IMG/VR virus record: IMGVR_UViG_3300021375_000010
DNA length: 64,000 bases
Reading direction: 5' to 3' (one strand)
Origin: an uncultured virus (IMG/VR IMGVR_UViG_3300021375_000010)
Taxonomy: Duplodnaviria; Heunggongvirae; Uroviricota; Caudoviricetes
Every line of letters starts with the position of its first letter. The stretch's first letter is position 1. The notes below the pieces were generated by a model. It was not told the origin of the DNA. It was given only the letters and a program-made list of their open reading frames with translations, and did not search any database. Of this stretch, positions 19,361 to 29,321 are shown piece by piece. The position numbers were made by a program, and so were the translations under genes.

Positions 19361-20917
19361 ATGAATCTGTTTCATGAAGCAAAAAAAGTTCTAGACAAAG
19401 ATGGTAAAGTAAATCCACTTGGGCCATACGGTAAGATGAAACTTACTGGTCAAGAAGTTGCAAACTACTTCAGAAAAAACAAAGTATCAGATGCAAAAGT
19501 CAAAAGGGCAGTAGAAGTTGCACTCGACATGAGTGGTGCTATGGATATTGCATCTAAAGAAATTCAGAAGTTCTTTGGTGATAAGATTCTCAAATCAAAA
19601 GAAGTACAGACTGCACTTAAGTATGCAAACGAAGAAGTAGTATCAGAAAGTGCAGAAATGGTAATCCATGCTGATGATGCAGTTCAATCAAATCTTGTTG
19701 TCAAGATGGCAAGTAAACACGGACTGAAATCAAAGAAAACTAAAATTTCTTGGTCAGGTAAAGACGGAGTTGTTGTTTCAGGTGATTCAAATAAACTCAA
19801 GAAGTTTATGTCTGCAGTTGAAAAAATGTCAGAAGGAACTGTATCAGAAGGCATGAAGATGAAAGACATCATGCGTAAACATAAGAGAGAACTTACTAAA
19901 GCATACAAAAGTGGAGACTTGTCTTTCATGTCATCAGCAGGTAAGAAAGCAGAAGATGACTTAATGCAGTGGGCAATGGATAACGGCGAAGTCAAAACTG
20001 ATGACCCCGATGATTTTTTTGATTGGTTATCTCGTGACCTCGAAGACATAGTCAAAGGTAAAATCAAAGAAGAAAGAATAAACGAGAACTACAGAGTTCT
20101 TGCAAAACATGGTATGGGTACTGAAACAAAGAACTCAATCAAAGTAGGAACAGAGATTGATTATTATCGTGCTGACGGTGCTAAGTACATGGGTAAAGTC
20201 ACCAAGATGACTCCAAAAGGTTACATTGTTAAAGACGATAAGAATGGTAAGAACTACCAGTTCACTTATCACGATAGAGTTAAAGCAAAAAAATATCTCA
20301 AACAGGGTGACAACATACAAGAAAAAGTAGAGTATGCAGAATACAAATTCAGAAACAAAAGAGATGCTCAGAAAGCATTGGACTACTTTAAAAGTCAACA
20401 GTTAATCAAACTAGAACTCAATGATGACGGATTAAGTCAAGGCGAACTCGCAGTTGATGCTGGTAAGTATGACATGTCTAAGTATCACAAAGAAGTGTTA
20501 AAGAAATTTAAACCAAAAGTTCTAACAACAGAAATGTCATCTGCACAACAGGCAGCAATTGCAATCGCAAAGAAAAAGAAAAATGAATCTGTTATGGATG
20601 CATACAGAGACATGTGGGAAGAAGCAGTTGCAGTTATTTTATTGGATGAACAAGTTGCAGACCTCACTGTAGATATAAGAAACAAATTATCAAAACCAGC
20701 AGACCAAAACAAACATGCAATGGAAATTGCAAAACAGGCAAAAAGATTTGGTTTAAAAAGTTCAATGATGGGTAAACATGTCAGACTTAAAGGTGGTAAA
20801 AAGGCAGTCAATGACTTTCTAAGAGTAGTTATCGGTAAATCATCATATGGTGACCCAACAGAACAAGATACATCAACACCTCAGATAGATAAAATTTTGA
20901 CTAAGGGATTGAAGTAA
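19361..20917 (+). CDS. Modular Lys-rich late/head-associated protein
   Basis: 518 aa ORF in late operon, short modules separated by xxE junctions. Confidence 0.65.
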   Translation: MNLFHEAKKVLDKDGKVNPLGPYGKMKLTGQEVANYFRKNKVSDAKVKRAVEVALDMSGAMDIASKEIQKFFGDKILKSKEVQTALKYANEEVVSESAEMVIHADDAVQSNLVVKMASKHGLKSKKTKISWSGKDGVVVSGDSNKLKKFMSAVEKMSEGTVSEGMKMKDIMRKHKRELTKAYKSGDLSFMSSAGKKAEDDLMQWAMDNGEVKTDDPDDFFDWLSRDLEDIVKGKIKEERINENYRVLAKHGMGTETKNSIKVGTEIDYYRADGAKYMGKVTKMTPKGYIVKDDKNGKNYQFTYHDRVKAKKYLKQGDNIQEKVEYAEYKFRNKRDAQKALDYFKSQQLIKLELNDDGLSQGELAVDAGKYDMSKYHKEVLKKFKPKVLTTEMSSAQQAAIAIAKKKKNESVMDAYRDMWEEAVAVILLDEQVADLTVDIRNKLSKPADQNKHAMEIAKQAKRFGLKSSMMGKHVRLKGGKKAVNDFLRVVIGKSSYGDPTEQDTSTPQIDKILTKGLK

Positions 20918-20918
20918 T

Positions 20919-21140
20919 ATGAACTTAATGGAAACCTATAGAAGTATCGTAGAAGCAGCACCAAAAATGAAAAAGTTGGGCATATACGGTTCAGAAATCA
21001 GTGGATTAAAATACAAGAATGGTACCTATACTGCTAAACCAGTAATATATGGTAGTAATAAGTTAGGATTTAAAGTCCAAAATGAGTTTGGAGACTTTGA
21101 AACTATCGACCTTAAAACATTCGCCAAAAGGTTCGGATAA
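20919..21140 (+). CDS. Hypothetical protein
   Basis: Coupled ORF. Confidence 0.65.
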   Translation: MNLMETYRSIVEAAPKMKKLGIYGSEISGLKYKNGTYTAKPVIYGSNKLGFKVQNEFGDFETIDLKTFAKRFG

Positions 21141-21685
21141 TGGATAGAGTAGACGCCAGATATAAACTCTTTAAAGAAAAATTAAAGAAACTGGGATATG
21201 CTAAGAAAGAGGCAAAAGAAACTAACGCTGTTTTAGAAAAGGCGGGTGACTTTGGTATGATGTCTGATGCTGGTAATAAGAAAATTGCACGTGCTGTTAA
21301 ACAGTCTAAGTCAGAGAAAGAACTCAAACAAAAGTTAGAGAAAATTTCTACAATGGCCGGCGGAAAGTATTCTGAAGCATCTGAAGATGAAGTACTTGAT
21401 AGGGCAATTTCTGCCTTCCAAGATACTGCAATGGGTTCACAGGCATGGGCAGATAAAAATATCGTTGTCCAACTTGGTCAATTTAGAGACCATATTAAGG
21501 ACGGAGAAGTCTCCACCAACGATAATAAAAAGACGAAAGTAAAGAGAGATGATGCGGTAAAGGTTTATGATACTTTAATGAAGGTTAAGGCCCCTATTCG
21601 TGATAAATACTCTAGACTTTTACAGAAAGACGCAAAAACGTTTAAAAAGACTTTTGATGCTATATTGAAAGTCGCAAACAAATAA
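21140..21685 (+). CDS. Hypothetical late protein
   Basis: Coupled ORF; VDARYKLFKEK N-terminus. Confidence 0.65.
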   Translation: MDRVDARYKLFKEKLKKLGYAKKEAKETNAVLEKAGDFGMMSDAGNKKIARAVKQSKSEKELKQKLEKISTMAGGKYSEASEDEVLDRAISAFQDTAMGSQAWADKNIVVQLGQFRDHIKDGEVSTNDNKKTKVKRDDAVKVYDTLMKVKAPIRDKYSRLLQKDAKTFKKTFDAILKVANK

Positions 21686-21698
21686 AGAGGAAATTAAA

Positions 21699-22247
21699 AT
21701 GGCATTATGGGGACATACTTCAGGTTCAGAATCAAAACCAAATTGGTTATCTGATGCTGATAAATTAAAAACGGTAGCAAAACCACACGGTTGGGAATTA
21801 GTTCGTAAAGTTGGTTCAAGAACTTTGACTGAAACATTAGTTGCGATGAAAAATCTAACAACTGCCTTGGGTGCTGCTAACTTAACTGATATCGATTGGA
21901 ATATCACTGCTTTTGACAAGTCAGAAGGTGGAACACTATCTGTTACTGCAACTTTTAACGAAGATGTAGACGTAACTGGAACACCACAACTAACTGTAGT
22001 TAACAGTGTTAATTCTAACCACACATTATCATATGCAAGTGGTACAGGTACTAACGAATTGGTATTTACACTAGTTATTGGTGCTGCTAACGCTGCTACT
22101 GATGCTGATGATGTACTTTCAATTGGTGCTAACGCAATTGCATTGAACGGTGGAACAATTAAAGATAAAGGTACTTCAACTGTATCTACAATTACTAACG
22201 TTGCTGGAATTGGAACTGCTGCTGGTACAATTACTGTAGTTGCATAA
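21699..22247 (+). CDS. Virion structural protein (MALWG type, Ig-like C-terminus)
   Basis: MALWG start, FNEDVDVTGTPQL, YASGTGTNELVF; Thr/Ala/Gly-rich; GAGG RBS. Confidence 0.7.
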   Translation: MALWGHTSGSESKPNWLSDADKLKTVAKPHGWELVRKVGSRTLTETLVAMKNLTTALGAANLTDIDWNITAFDKSEGGTLSVTATFNEDVDVTGTPQLTVVNSVNSNHTLSYASGTGTNELVFTLVIGAANAATDADDVLSIGANAIALNGGTIKDKGTSTVSTITNVAGIGTAAGTITVVA

Positions 22248-22264
22248 AACAATAGGGAAAAATT

Positions 22265-22684
22265 ATGAAGAAATTTAAAGACTTTTTAGATGAATCATAT
22301 ATGGACGGCGCTGGTCTATCTTCAGAGAAGGTACCATTTGACGTTGATGATTCAGTCGTTAAACAAAAAGTTAACGCTATCTTAGGACACACTGCAACAG
22401 TTGAGTTCATGAATCCACTTGCTGCTTTGCAACAGATGGAATCTAAACTTATGCAGTTGGGTATGACTAAACTAAGAAGTGTTGGTGAAATGGGTGTTGT
22501 ACAGAACGAAGAGTTCGATGACGCTGGTGAGATGGATTTAGAGTTCACTAGATATGAGTCATTTGGTAAAACTGTAGACACACCAAACGATGAGTTCGAA
22601 GAATCATCTAAATCATATACCCTAAAGGTTAGATACGAAAAACTAGAAACTGGTTCATTCAAAGTTTACGGTTCATTAGTATAA
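22265..22684 (+). CDS. Hypothetical head-associated protein
   Basis: MKKFKDFLDE N-terminus. Confidence 0.65.
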   Translation: MKKFKDFLDESYMDGAGLSSEKVPFDVDDSVVKQKVNAILGHTATVEFMNPLAALQQMESKLMQLGMTKLRSVGEMGVVQNEEFDDAGEMDLEFTRYESFGKTVDTPNDEFEESSKSYTLKVRYEKLETGSFKVYGSLV

Positions 22685-22698
22685 AGACTAGTTGATAC

Positions 22699-22727
22699 AA
22701 AAAGAGGGACTTTATGTCCCTTTTTTT
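22699..22727 (+). terminator. Rho-independent terminator
   Basis: AGGGAC-TTTAT-GTCCCT followed by T run, A run upstream. Confidence 0.85.
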
Positions 22728-22758
22728 ATGGCTGAAATCGCCTATATAATTGTATATT

Positions 22759-23130
22759 ATGAAACTCTTTGATACCCTTACAAACAAAAATTTTACTGCA
22801 TTCGCTCAAAAACACTATGACGACCCACAATGTGAGACCATAGAAGACTTTGAGGAAGATTTGCGTAGATTCCGTTACCTTAAACGTCTCTTACACAGAT
22901 ACCATGAAAATGGTGAGATGAGAGAACGCCTTATGTTAAACCATATCATTACCATATTCAATGTATTTGGTTTTGATGCATCAATGAAAATGTTGGAGTT
23001 TAAATTAAAGGATGAGAAATATTGGGTATCTGTTAAAACAATGTTACTCTATTTGGGATACATTGATGAATCATGGTCACCCGAGATGCCTCTTGACGAT
23101 GCACTTGTACAGAGGTTACGAGATTTATAA
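22759..23130 (+). CDS. Conserved T4-like hypothetical protein
   Basis: HYDDPQC...FEEDL.RF.YLKRL...ERLMLNHI...NVFG. Confidence 0.75.
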   Translation: MKLFDTLTNKNFTAFAQKHYDDPQCETIEDFEEDLRRFRYLKRLLHRYHENGEMRERLMLNHIITIFNVFGFDASMKMLEFKLKDEKYWVSVKTMLLYLGYIDESWSPEMPLDDALVQRLRDL

Positions 23131-23132
23131 AC

Positions 23133-23208
23133 GCTCCCATAGCTCAGCTGGTAGAGCAACTGATTTGTAATCAGTAGGTCAACCGTTCGAATCGGTTTGG
23201 GAGCTCCA
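23133..23208 (+). tRNA. tRNA-Thr(TGT)
   Basis: GCTCCCA/TGGGAGC acceptor, ACTGA-TTTGTAA-TCAGT, TTCGAAT loop, CCA. Confidence 0.95.
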
Positions 23209-23233
23209 CTATTTTGAATACATAAATAGAAGT

Positions 23234-23794
23234 ATGGCGAACTTAATAAACACACTTATAGTTTTTAGAATCATTAAAATGTTAACTCAGAAATGGGTAG
23301 ACACGGATGCATATAAACTTGGTTTGATTACCAACAAGGGTAAACGAACTGAAAAAGAACCAAAAACATCCGAAGAGAAGAGTGCTTATTCCATGCTACA
23401 CAAACTTGTCTTTAACTTAAAACGAATCATAGAAAAGGTGCCTTTTGGTAAATCTAGATTTGCATCATACGCTGTTGCAATCGCATTACTGAAAGAAGAG
23501 ACAGGTATCACTGCAGAACAAGCAGAAGAATTGTGTGAGAAGGTTTATAGACACATCAAAGATACAGGTGAATTTGATGTAGACGACCTACATGAAGCGA
23601 ATCAAGTTATGACACTTGACGTTGGTAGACACTACCACCTTAGAAGAAACCTAGAAGAACAAAACGGTGTAACTTATCCACAAAAGACCCCTATAACTGT
23701 TATCGCAGAACACTCAATAGTGTTTGGTGTTAACATCTATATCGCACAATGTGGAGTAGAAAGAATATTGGTAACAGAAGATGACGTTTATTGA
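23234..23794 (+). CDS. Conserved T4-like late protein
   Basis: FRIIKML...DAYKLGLI...LVFNLKRI; CATAAATA 5 nt upstream. Confidence 0.7.
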   Translation: MANLINTLIVFRIIKMLTQKWVDTDAYKLGLITNKGKRTEKEPKTSEEKSAYSMLHKLVFNLKRIIEKVPFGKSRFASYAVAIALLKEETGITAEQAEELCEKVYRHIKDTGEFDVDDLHEANQVMTLDVGRHYHLRRNLEEQNGVTYPQKTPITVIAEHSIVFGVNIYIAQCGVERILVTEDDVY

Positions 23795-24548
23795 GGCAGT
23801 AGTAAACGTAGACAGTCTAAAACATACAGGGAAGACTAAGAAACCCAAGATAGAAGAATTGGGTGAATTGTTCGACACTAAAGTTTTGAAGGAGTTATCG
23901 CTAAAACCGAATACTGCCAATTCTAGTCCACAAACCATCAAAGAACTCAAACAGATGGTTGGTATGATTCAGAAACTTACAGATGAACAGAAGAAACGTT
24001 ATCTGAACACAGATGAAGACACTTCATATTATATCAAAGAATACATGTCGAACAATGATTTGGCATATACAGATGAGGATATAGAAAAAATCACAGATAG
24101 TGCAAGACACATTGGTAGACAATTTAAGAATCAATACATGAGACCGAGACCTTTTGTACTTGCAGAGAAACTAGGTATGGAAATGGACTATTTCAATACA
24201 GATACTTCACAATCACCATCATATCCTTCAAACCATGCCTTACAGGCGAGAGTAGTTGCAAACTACTACTCATCAATCTATCCCCAACATAAATCTGAAT
24301 TGTTGGCAATGGCGGAAATCTCTGCATTGGGTAGAGTCCATGCTGGTATCCACTATCCTAGTGATAAGATAGCAGGATACCAACTAGCGGATGCATGTAT
24401 GAAGTATTTTAAGTATGATATATTAGAGGATGCGCCCTTGAATGCTACAGGTACTGCAGTTGCAACAGATGTACCAGTGGTGAAGAAGAAAAAGAAATAC
24501 GAACCTGCCCAACTCTTTGACCTAATCAAAAGAAATTCACAGGTATAA
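23781..24548 (+). CDS. PAP2-superfamily phosphatase
   Basis: K-x6-RP (KNQYMRPRP), PSYPSNH, GRVHAGIHYPSD. Confidence 0.88.
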   Translation: MTFIEAVVNVDSLKHTGKTKKPKIEELGELFDTKVLKELSLKPNTANSSPQTIKELKQMVGMIQKLTDEQKKRYLNTDEDTSYYIKEYMSNNDLAYTDEDIEKITDSARHIGRQFKNQYMRPRPFVLAEKLGMEMDYFNTDTSQSPSYPSNHALQARVVANYYSSIYPQHKSELLAMAEISALGRVHAGIHYPSDKIAGYQLADACMKYFKYDILEDAPLNATGTAVATDVPVVKKKKKYEPAQLFDLIKRNSQV

Positions 24549-24550
24549 CT

Positions 24551-25414
24551 ATGTTGAAACTATTAAATTACTTAGCTCTAATTACATCTATTGTAATCGC
24601 TGGAATTGCTGCATACTTCTCAGTCATAGGTATGGCGACAATGTTTGCTGGTGCATATCTAGGAACAGTCGTAATGATGACTGCATTGGAATTTGGTAAA
24701 CTTGTGACTGCTGCTTATCTTCACCTCGCATGGGAGAAGATGAACTATCTAAAATGGTATCTACTAACTTCAGTTGTGGTACTCATGCTCATAACATCGC
24801 TTGGTATATTTGGTTATCTATCTAAGGCGAACATTGAAGTGTCACTAGTAGGTGATGGGAACAGTTTAGAACTATCCATACTGGACACTAGGATTGGTGC
24901 AGAGAAAGGTAAGATAGAAAGATATCAAGATAGAGTTGCAAACTTAGACCTAGTGTTATCTACTGGTAGACCGCAAGATAGAAACTATATCAACAGACAA
25001 CAGAGAGACGAAAGAAACCAAATTGCAGAAGATATAGATACAGCGATCGGCTTGATTACAGAATACACGGAGGACAAACTTCCGATTCAACGGAAACAAC
25101 TTGAACAGGACTCGAAAATAGGGCCAATCAAGTATGTTGCAGAAGTTATATACGGTCAAGAGGAAAGTGTCAAGTATCTTGACAACGCAGTTAGGTGGGT
25201 GATTTTTGCACTTATTTTTGTGTTTGACCCACTTGCAGTGTTACTTTTGGTCACTAGTGTTGCACTTATTGTTGATAAGAAACCTACACCAAAAAGAAAA
25301 ACTCTACCAGCACAGAAAAAAAAAGTAACCGCAAAACCACAACCAAAAGTAACAAATAAAATTGTATTACAGGTACCAAAAGACAAGGTTTTAGACTTGT
25401 CAAAAGATAAATAA
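24551..25414 (+). CDS. Conserved multi-pass membrane protein with coiled coil
   Basis: Three N-terminal TM helices, LEFGKLV, GPIKY, IFVFDPLAV. Confidence 0.75.
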   Translation: MLKLLNYLALITSIVIAGIAAYFSVIGMATMFAGAYLGTVVMMTALEFGKLVTAAYLHLAWEKMNYLKWYLLTSVVVLMLITSLGIFGYLSKANIEVSLVGDGNSLELSILDTRIGAEKGKIERYQDRVANLDLVLSTGRPQDRNYINRQQRDERNQIAEDIDTAIGLITEYTEDKLPIQRKQLEQDSKIGPIKYVAEVIYGQEESVKYLDNAVRWVIFALIFVFDPLAVLLLVTSVALIVDKKPTPKRKTLPAQKKKVTAKPQPKVTNKIVLQVPKDKVLDLSKDK

Positions 25415-25440
25415 CAGTGTACACTAATTAGGAGTAACAA

Positions 25441-25692
25441 ATGACAGATTTAAATTTAGGGGAAATGACCAAAGAGGAACGTTTAGAGTTCTATAAAGGT
25501 GAAGGCAAACCAGTTGAACCCGAAGGATTCAATGGAAAGGATGCAACAGAAGAGGCGGTAAAATCGTATGAAGAATCTCTTGCAACTAACGAAAGACAAA
25601 TTGCATCTTTAGAGGCAGAACTTGAAGTACTTGCGGAAATTGCTAGAAAAGAAGAAGAAAAAGCAGGTAAATTCGCAGTCGAAGAAGACTAG
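25441..25692 (+). CDS. Small acidic late protein (paralog A)
   Basis: GATAAATA box, AGGAG RBS. Confidence 0.7.
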   Translation: MTDLNLGEMTKEERLEFYKGEGKPVEPEGFNGKDATEEAVKSYEESLATNERQIASLEAELEVLAEIARKEEEKAGKFAVEED

Positions 25693-25733
25693 TATTTACT
25701 AAATAGATAGTAACATTAATTTAGGAGATTAAC

Positions 25734-25940
25734 ATGCCAGAACCATTATCGCCAATCCCAACGATTGACAACCTAGCAGAAAGGAAAGCATGGTTTGAGT
25801 CAGGTGACGGAATGCCTGTTCAACCCGAAGGTTATGCAGACTTACTATCGGACGACCCAAAAAAGGTCGCATACGACAGTTCAGTCACAACAAACACTGC
25901 TCAAATCGCTGAAATTCAAGCACTAATAGACGCCGGATAA
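25734..25940 (+). CDS. Small acidic late protein (paralog B)
   Basis: ACTAAATA box, AGGAG RBS; similar to upstream gene. Confidence 0.7.
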   Translation: MPEPLSPIPTIDNLAERKAWFESGDGMPVQPEGYADLLSDDPKKVAYDSSVTTNTAQIAEIQALIDAG

Positions 25941-25954
25941 ATCCCAAAATCCAC

Positions 25955-25992
25955 TTGAAATAACATGCATTCAGTGATATACTGAGTGTATG
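25955..25992 (+). promoter_or_regulatory. Primase promoter with hairpin over -10 box and start codon
   Basis: TTGAAA-17-TATACT; CATGCATTCAGT(25964-75) pairs with ACTGAGTGTATG(25981-92). Confidence 0.6.
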
Positions 25993-27033
25993 TTATGGTT
26001 AGAGCGAAAGTACCTCTCTACAGTTACACCTCATCTTGAGGTTTGTAAATGGAAGGGAGACAGTACATTAAATCACAGATGTCTTTATTGTGGTGATTCC
26101 CAAAAGAATCGCTACAAAGCACGAGCATATCATTTTTTAGTCGACCAATCATTCATATATAAGTGTCATAACTGTGGTAAATCCACATCATCAATGACGT
26201 TTTTGAAAGACCATTTTCCTGTACAATACAAGGAGTATGTTAAAGAACTTCTACAAGAGAAACATGGTAAGAAGAATACCAATCAAAGAATGCCATCATC
26301 GAATGCATTCAAGTTTAAACCCAAGACTACTGAAAGTCTAAATACAGATGCAACAAAAATGACCATTGAGAATTTGAAGTTTATAGCGAAACCAGCGATT
26401 GAAAGTAAAGTCGCAAGGGAGTACCTAGACAACAGAAAAATTCCAGTAGAGTCACAAAAAGAGTTGTGGTTTGTTGATTCTGCACAAAGTCTATCGTTCT
26501 TGTCAGATAAATACAAAGACAGACCTCTAGGAAACAATCCTAGAATTGTATTGCCATTCATCAAGAATGGGGAACTTGTTGGTGTTAGTGGGAGAGCAAT
26601 CGATGACTCACCATTAAGATATCTAACAATGAGATTCCGAGATGACGATTCACTCATCTTCAACATTGATAAAGTGAATATGACTAAAACTATCTATGTT
26701 ACAGAAGGGCCACTAGACAGTTTATTCCTACCAAACAGTATTGCTGTCGGTGGTAGTGACTTTAAAAAAATCGACAATGCTATAAAAGACAATGCAATAA
26801 TAATTTATGACAATGAACCACGAAACAAAGAAATTCTAAAGAAAATTGATGGGGTAATCGATGAAGGTTACCGTGTGTGTATTTGGAATGATAAGAGAGT
26901 AGAAGGATTGAAAGATATAAACAATATGATAATGAGTGGAATGACAAGCGAAGACATTGTGTCAATTATAGATAACTGTACAACCGAAGGTCTCACTGCA
27001 AAACTGAAACTAAAGGAGTACAAGAGAATATGA
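25990..27033 (+). CDS. 61: DNA primase (gp61)
   Basis: RCLYCGDS...KCHNCG zinc finger; EGPLDSLF, YDNEPRN, KDIN TOPRIM. Confidence 0.96.
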   Translation: MLWLERKYLSTVTPHLEVCKWKGDSTLNHRCLYCGDSQKNRYKARAYHFLVDQSFIYKCHNCGKSTSSMTFLKDHFPVQYKEYVKELLQEKHGKKNTNQRMPSSNAFKFKPKTTESLNTDATKMTIENLKFIAKPAIESKVAREYLDNRKIPVESQKELWFVDSAQSLSFLSDKYKDRPLGNNPRIVLPFIKNGELVGVSGRAIDDSPLRYLTMRFRDDDSLIFNIDKVNMTKTIYVTEGPLDSLFLPNSIAVGGSDFKKIDNAIKDNAIIIYDNEPRNKEILKKIDGVIDEGYRVCIWNDKRVEGLKDINNMIMSGMTSEDIVSIIDNCTTEGLTAKLKLKEYKRI

Positions 27034-29321
27034 ATGCTATGATTAGAGTATTAAAATCAGATGGTTCGAAATCGGACATCAACCTAGACAAGATTCATCG
27101 TATGGTAGAAAAATCATGCAGAGGAATTACAGGTGTGTCAGAATCATTGGTTGAAATGAATAGTGGACTTCAGTTTTTTGATGGTATCACCACAAAAGAA
27201 ATTCAAAAGATTCTAGTGAAAAGTGCAAGTGACTTAATTACACTAGAGAACCCCAATTATCAATTTGTTGCAGCTAGATTACTACTATTTGCAATTCAAA
27301 AACAAGTGTTCAATACCAAGTGGAAAGATTCAGAGATATATCCACCACTGGGTGAAATCATACATAGAAATATAGACTTCGGTGTGTATGATGATGTTAT
27401 CATCAATTCATATTCTACTGAAGAAATTAACAGGATTGATTCTTTCATTAAACATGGAAGAGATACAGACTTTACCTATGCTGGTCTACAACAAATAGTG
27501 GACAAGTATTTGGTACAAGATAGGTCAGCAAATTTGGTCTATGAAACCCCACAGTTCATGTATATGTTAATATCCATGACACTGTTCCAAAACTATGATA
27601 AAGACAAAAGGTTAGACTATGTCAAAAAATACTACGATGCAATCTCAACATTCAAAATCAACATCCCAACCCCTATCATGGCAGGAGTTAGAACTCCTTT
27701 ACGACAATTTGCTTCGTGTGTGCTTGTCGACACAGACGACACTCTCGACAGTATCTTCTCAAGTGATATGGCCATTGGAAAATATGTTGCTCAACGTGCC
27801 GGAATCGGTATTAACGCCGGAAGAATTAGAGGAATTGGTTCAAGGATTAGAGGAGGCGAAGTCCAGCATACGGGCGTCATCCCATTCCTTAAAAAATTTG
27901 AATCAACTGTTAGATGTTGCACCCAAAACGGAGTAAGGGGAGGAAGTGCAACAGTTCATTTCCCTATCTGGCACCAAGAGATACAGGACATTCTTGTACT
28001 CAAGAACAACAAAGGTACAGAAGATAACAGAGTCAGAAAGTTAGATTATTCTATTCAGTTATCAGAGTTATTCTATAAGAGATTTTTAAAGAATGACGAC
28101 ATCACATTGTTCTCACCCCACGAAGCTCCTGGGCTCTATGAAGCATTCGGAACACCCGAGTTCGATGAACTCTATGAGAAATACGAACGTGCTACATCCG
28201 TCCCAAAGATTAAAGTGAGTGCAAGGGAACTAATTACCGATTTGCTAAAAGAAAGAGCAGAGACTGGTAGAATCTATATTATGAATATAGACCACTGCAA
28301 TACACACAGTAGTTTTAAAGACAAAGTTAACATGAGTAACTTATGTCAAGAGATTACACTACCGACAGACCCAATCCAACATATTGATGGTAAGGGTGAA
28401 ATCGCATTGTGTATACTGAGTGCTATTAATGTGGGAATAGTAAAAGCGGACGAAATGGAGAACTTGTGTGACCTCGCAGTGAGAGGACTTGAAGAACTGA
28501 TAGACCACCAAGAGTATCCAGTAGAAGCAGCTCGAGCATCTACTATCGCCCGTAGGTCATTGGGGATTGGTTATATTGGACTTGCACACTTCCTAGCGAA
28601 GAACAAAGTCAAGTATGGCGACCCCGATGCACTTAAATTGGTACATGAACTTACAGAGTCATTCCAATACTATTTACTCAAAGCATCCAACACTATTGCA
28701 AAAGAGAAAGGTGCTTGTTTAGGTTTTGGTGGGACAAAGTATTCAGATGGTATTTTACCCATCGACACTTACAAAAAGGAAGTTGATGAATTGACACCAC
28801 ATGTGTTAAACCATGATTGGGAAACGCTGAGGGGTGACATCAAAGAATATGGTCTTAGACACTCTACACTAACTGCACAGATGCCAAGTGAATCATCAAG
28901 TGTTGTATCAAATGCAACAAATGGTGTAGAACCACCTAGAGATTATCTGAGTGTTAAGAAGAGTAAAAAGGGTACATTGAAACAAGTGGTACCACAATAC
29001 ACACACTTGAAGAATTCTTACACATTACTATGGGATATGCCAGATAACACTGGATATATAAATATCGTAGCAGTGATGCAGAAGTTCTTTGACCAAGGTA
29101 TTAGTGGTAACTGGTCATACAACCCCGAAAACTATCCTAACAATGAGGTTCCTGTATCAGTAATGGCGAGGGATTTTCTAACCACATATAAGTATGGTTG
29201 GAAGACATCCTATTATCAAAACACTATGGATGGTAAGACTGAAGACGTTGTCGGAGACGAACCATTGCAACAAACCAATTATGAGGGAGATGATGAAGAC
29301 TGCGAAGCATGTGCGATATAG
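27030..29321 (+). CDS. nrdA: Ribonucleotide reductase class Ia alpha
   Basis: ATP cone, PTPIMAG, QFASC, SNLCQEI, C-terminal CEAC. Confidence 0.98.
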   Translation: MNAMIRVLKSDGSKSDINLDKIHRMVEKSCRGITGVSESLVEMNSGLQFFDGITTKEIQKILVKSASDLITLENPNYQFVAARLLLFAIQKQVFNTKWKDSEIYPPLGEIIHRNIDFGVYDDVIINSYSTEEINRIDSFIKHGRDTDFTYAGLQQIVDKYLVQDRSANLVYETPQFMYMLISMTLFQNYDKDKRLDYVKKYYDAISTFKINIPTPIMAGVRTPLRQFASCVLVDTDDTLDSIFSSDMAIGKYVAQRAGIGINAGRIRGIGSRIRGGEVQHTGVIPFLKKFESTVRCCTQNGVRGGSATVHFPIWHQEIQDILVLKNNKGTEDNRVRKLDYSIQLSELFYKRFLKNDDITLFSPHEAPGLYEAFGTPEFDELYEKYERATSVPKIKVSARELITDLLKERAETGRIYIMNIDHCNTHSSFKDKVNMSNLCQEITLPTDPIQHIDGKGEIALCILSAINVGIVKADEMENLCDLAVRGLEELIDHQEYPVEAARASTIARRSLGIGYIGLAHFLAKNKVKYGDPDALKLVHELTESFQYYLLKASNTIAKEKGACLGFGGTKYSDGILPIDTYKKEVDELTPHVLNHDWETLRGDIKEYGLRHSTLTAQMPSESSSVVSNATNGVEPPRDYLSVKKSKKGTLKQVVPQYTHLKNSYTLLWDMPDNTGYINIVAVMQKFFDQGISGNWSYNPENYPNNEVPVSVMARDFLTTYKYGWKTSYYQNTMDGKTEDVVGDEPLQQTNYEGDDEDCEACAI

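Noticed and set aside
19354..19361. TATAAATA late promoter
   Set aside because: Formed by the stop codon and overlapping the next ATG, so a transcript would miss the start; probably coincidental
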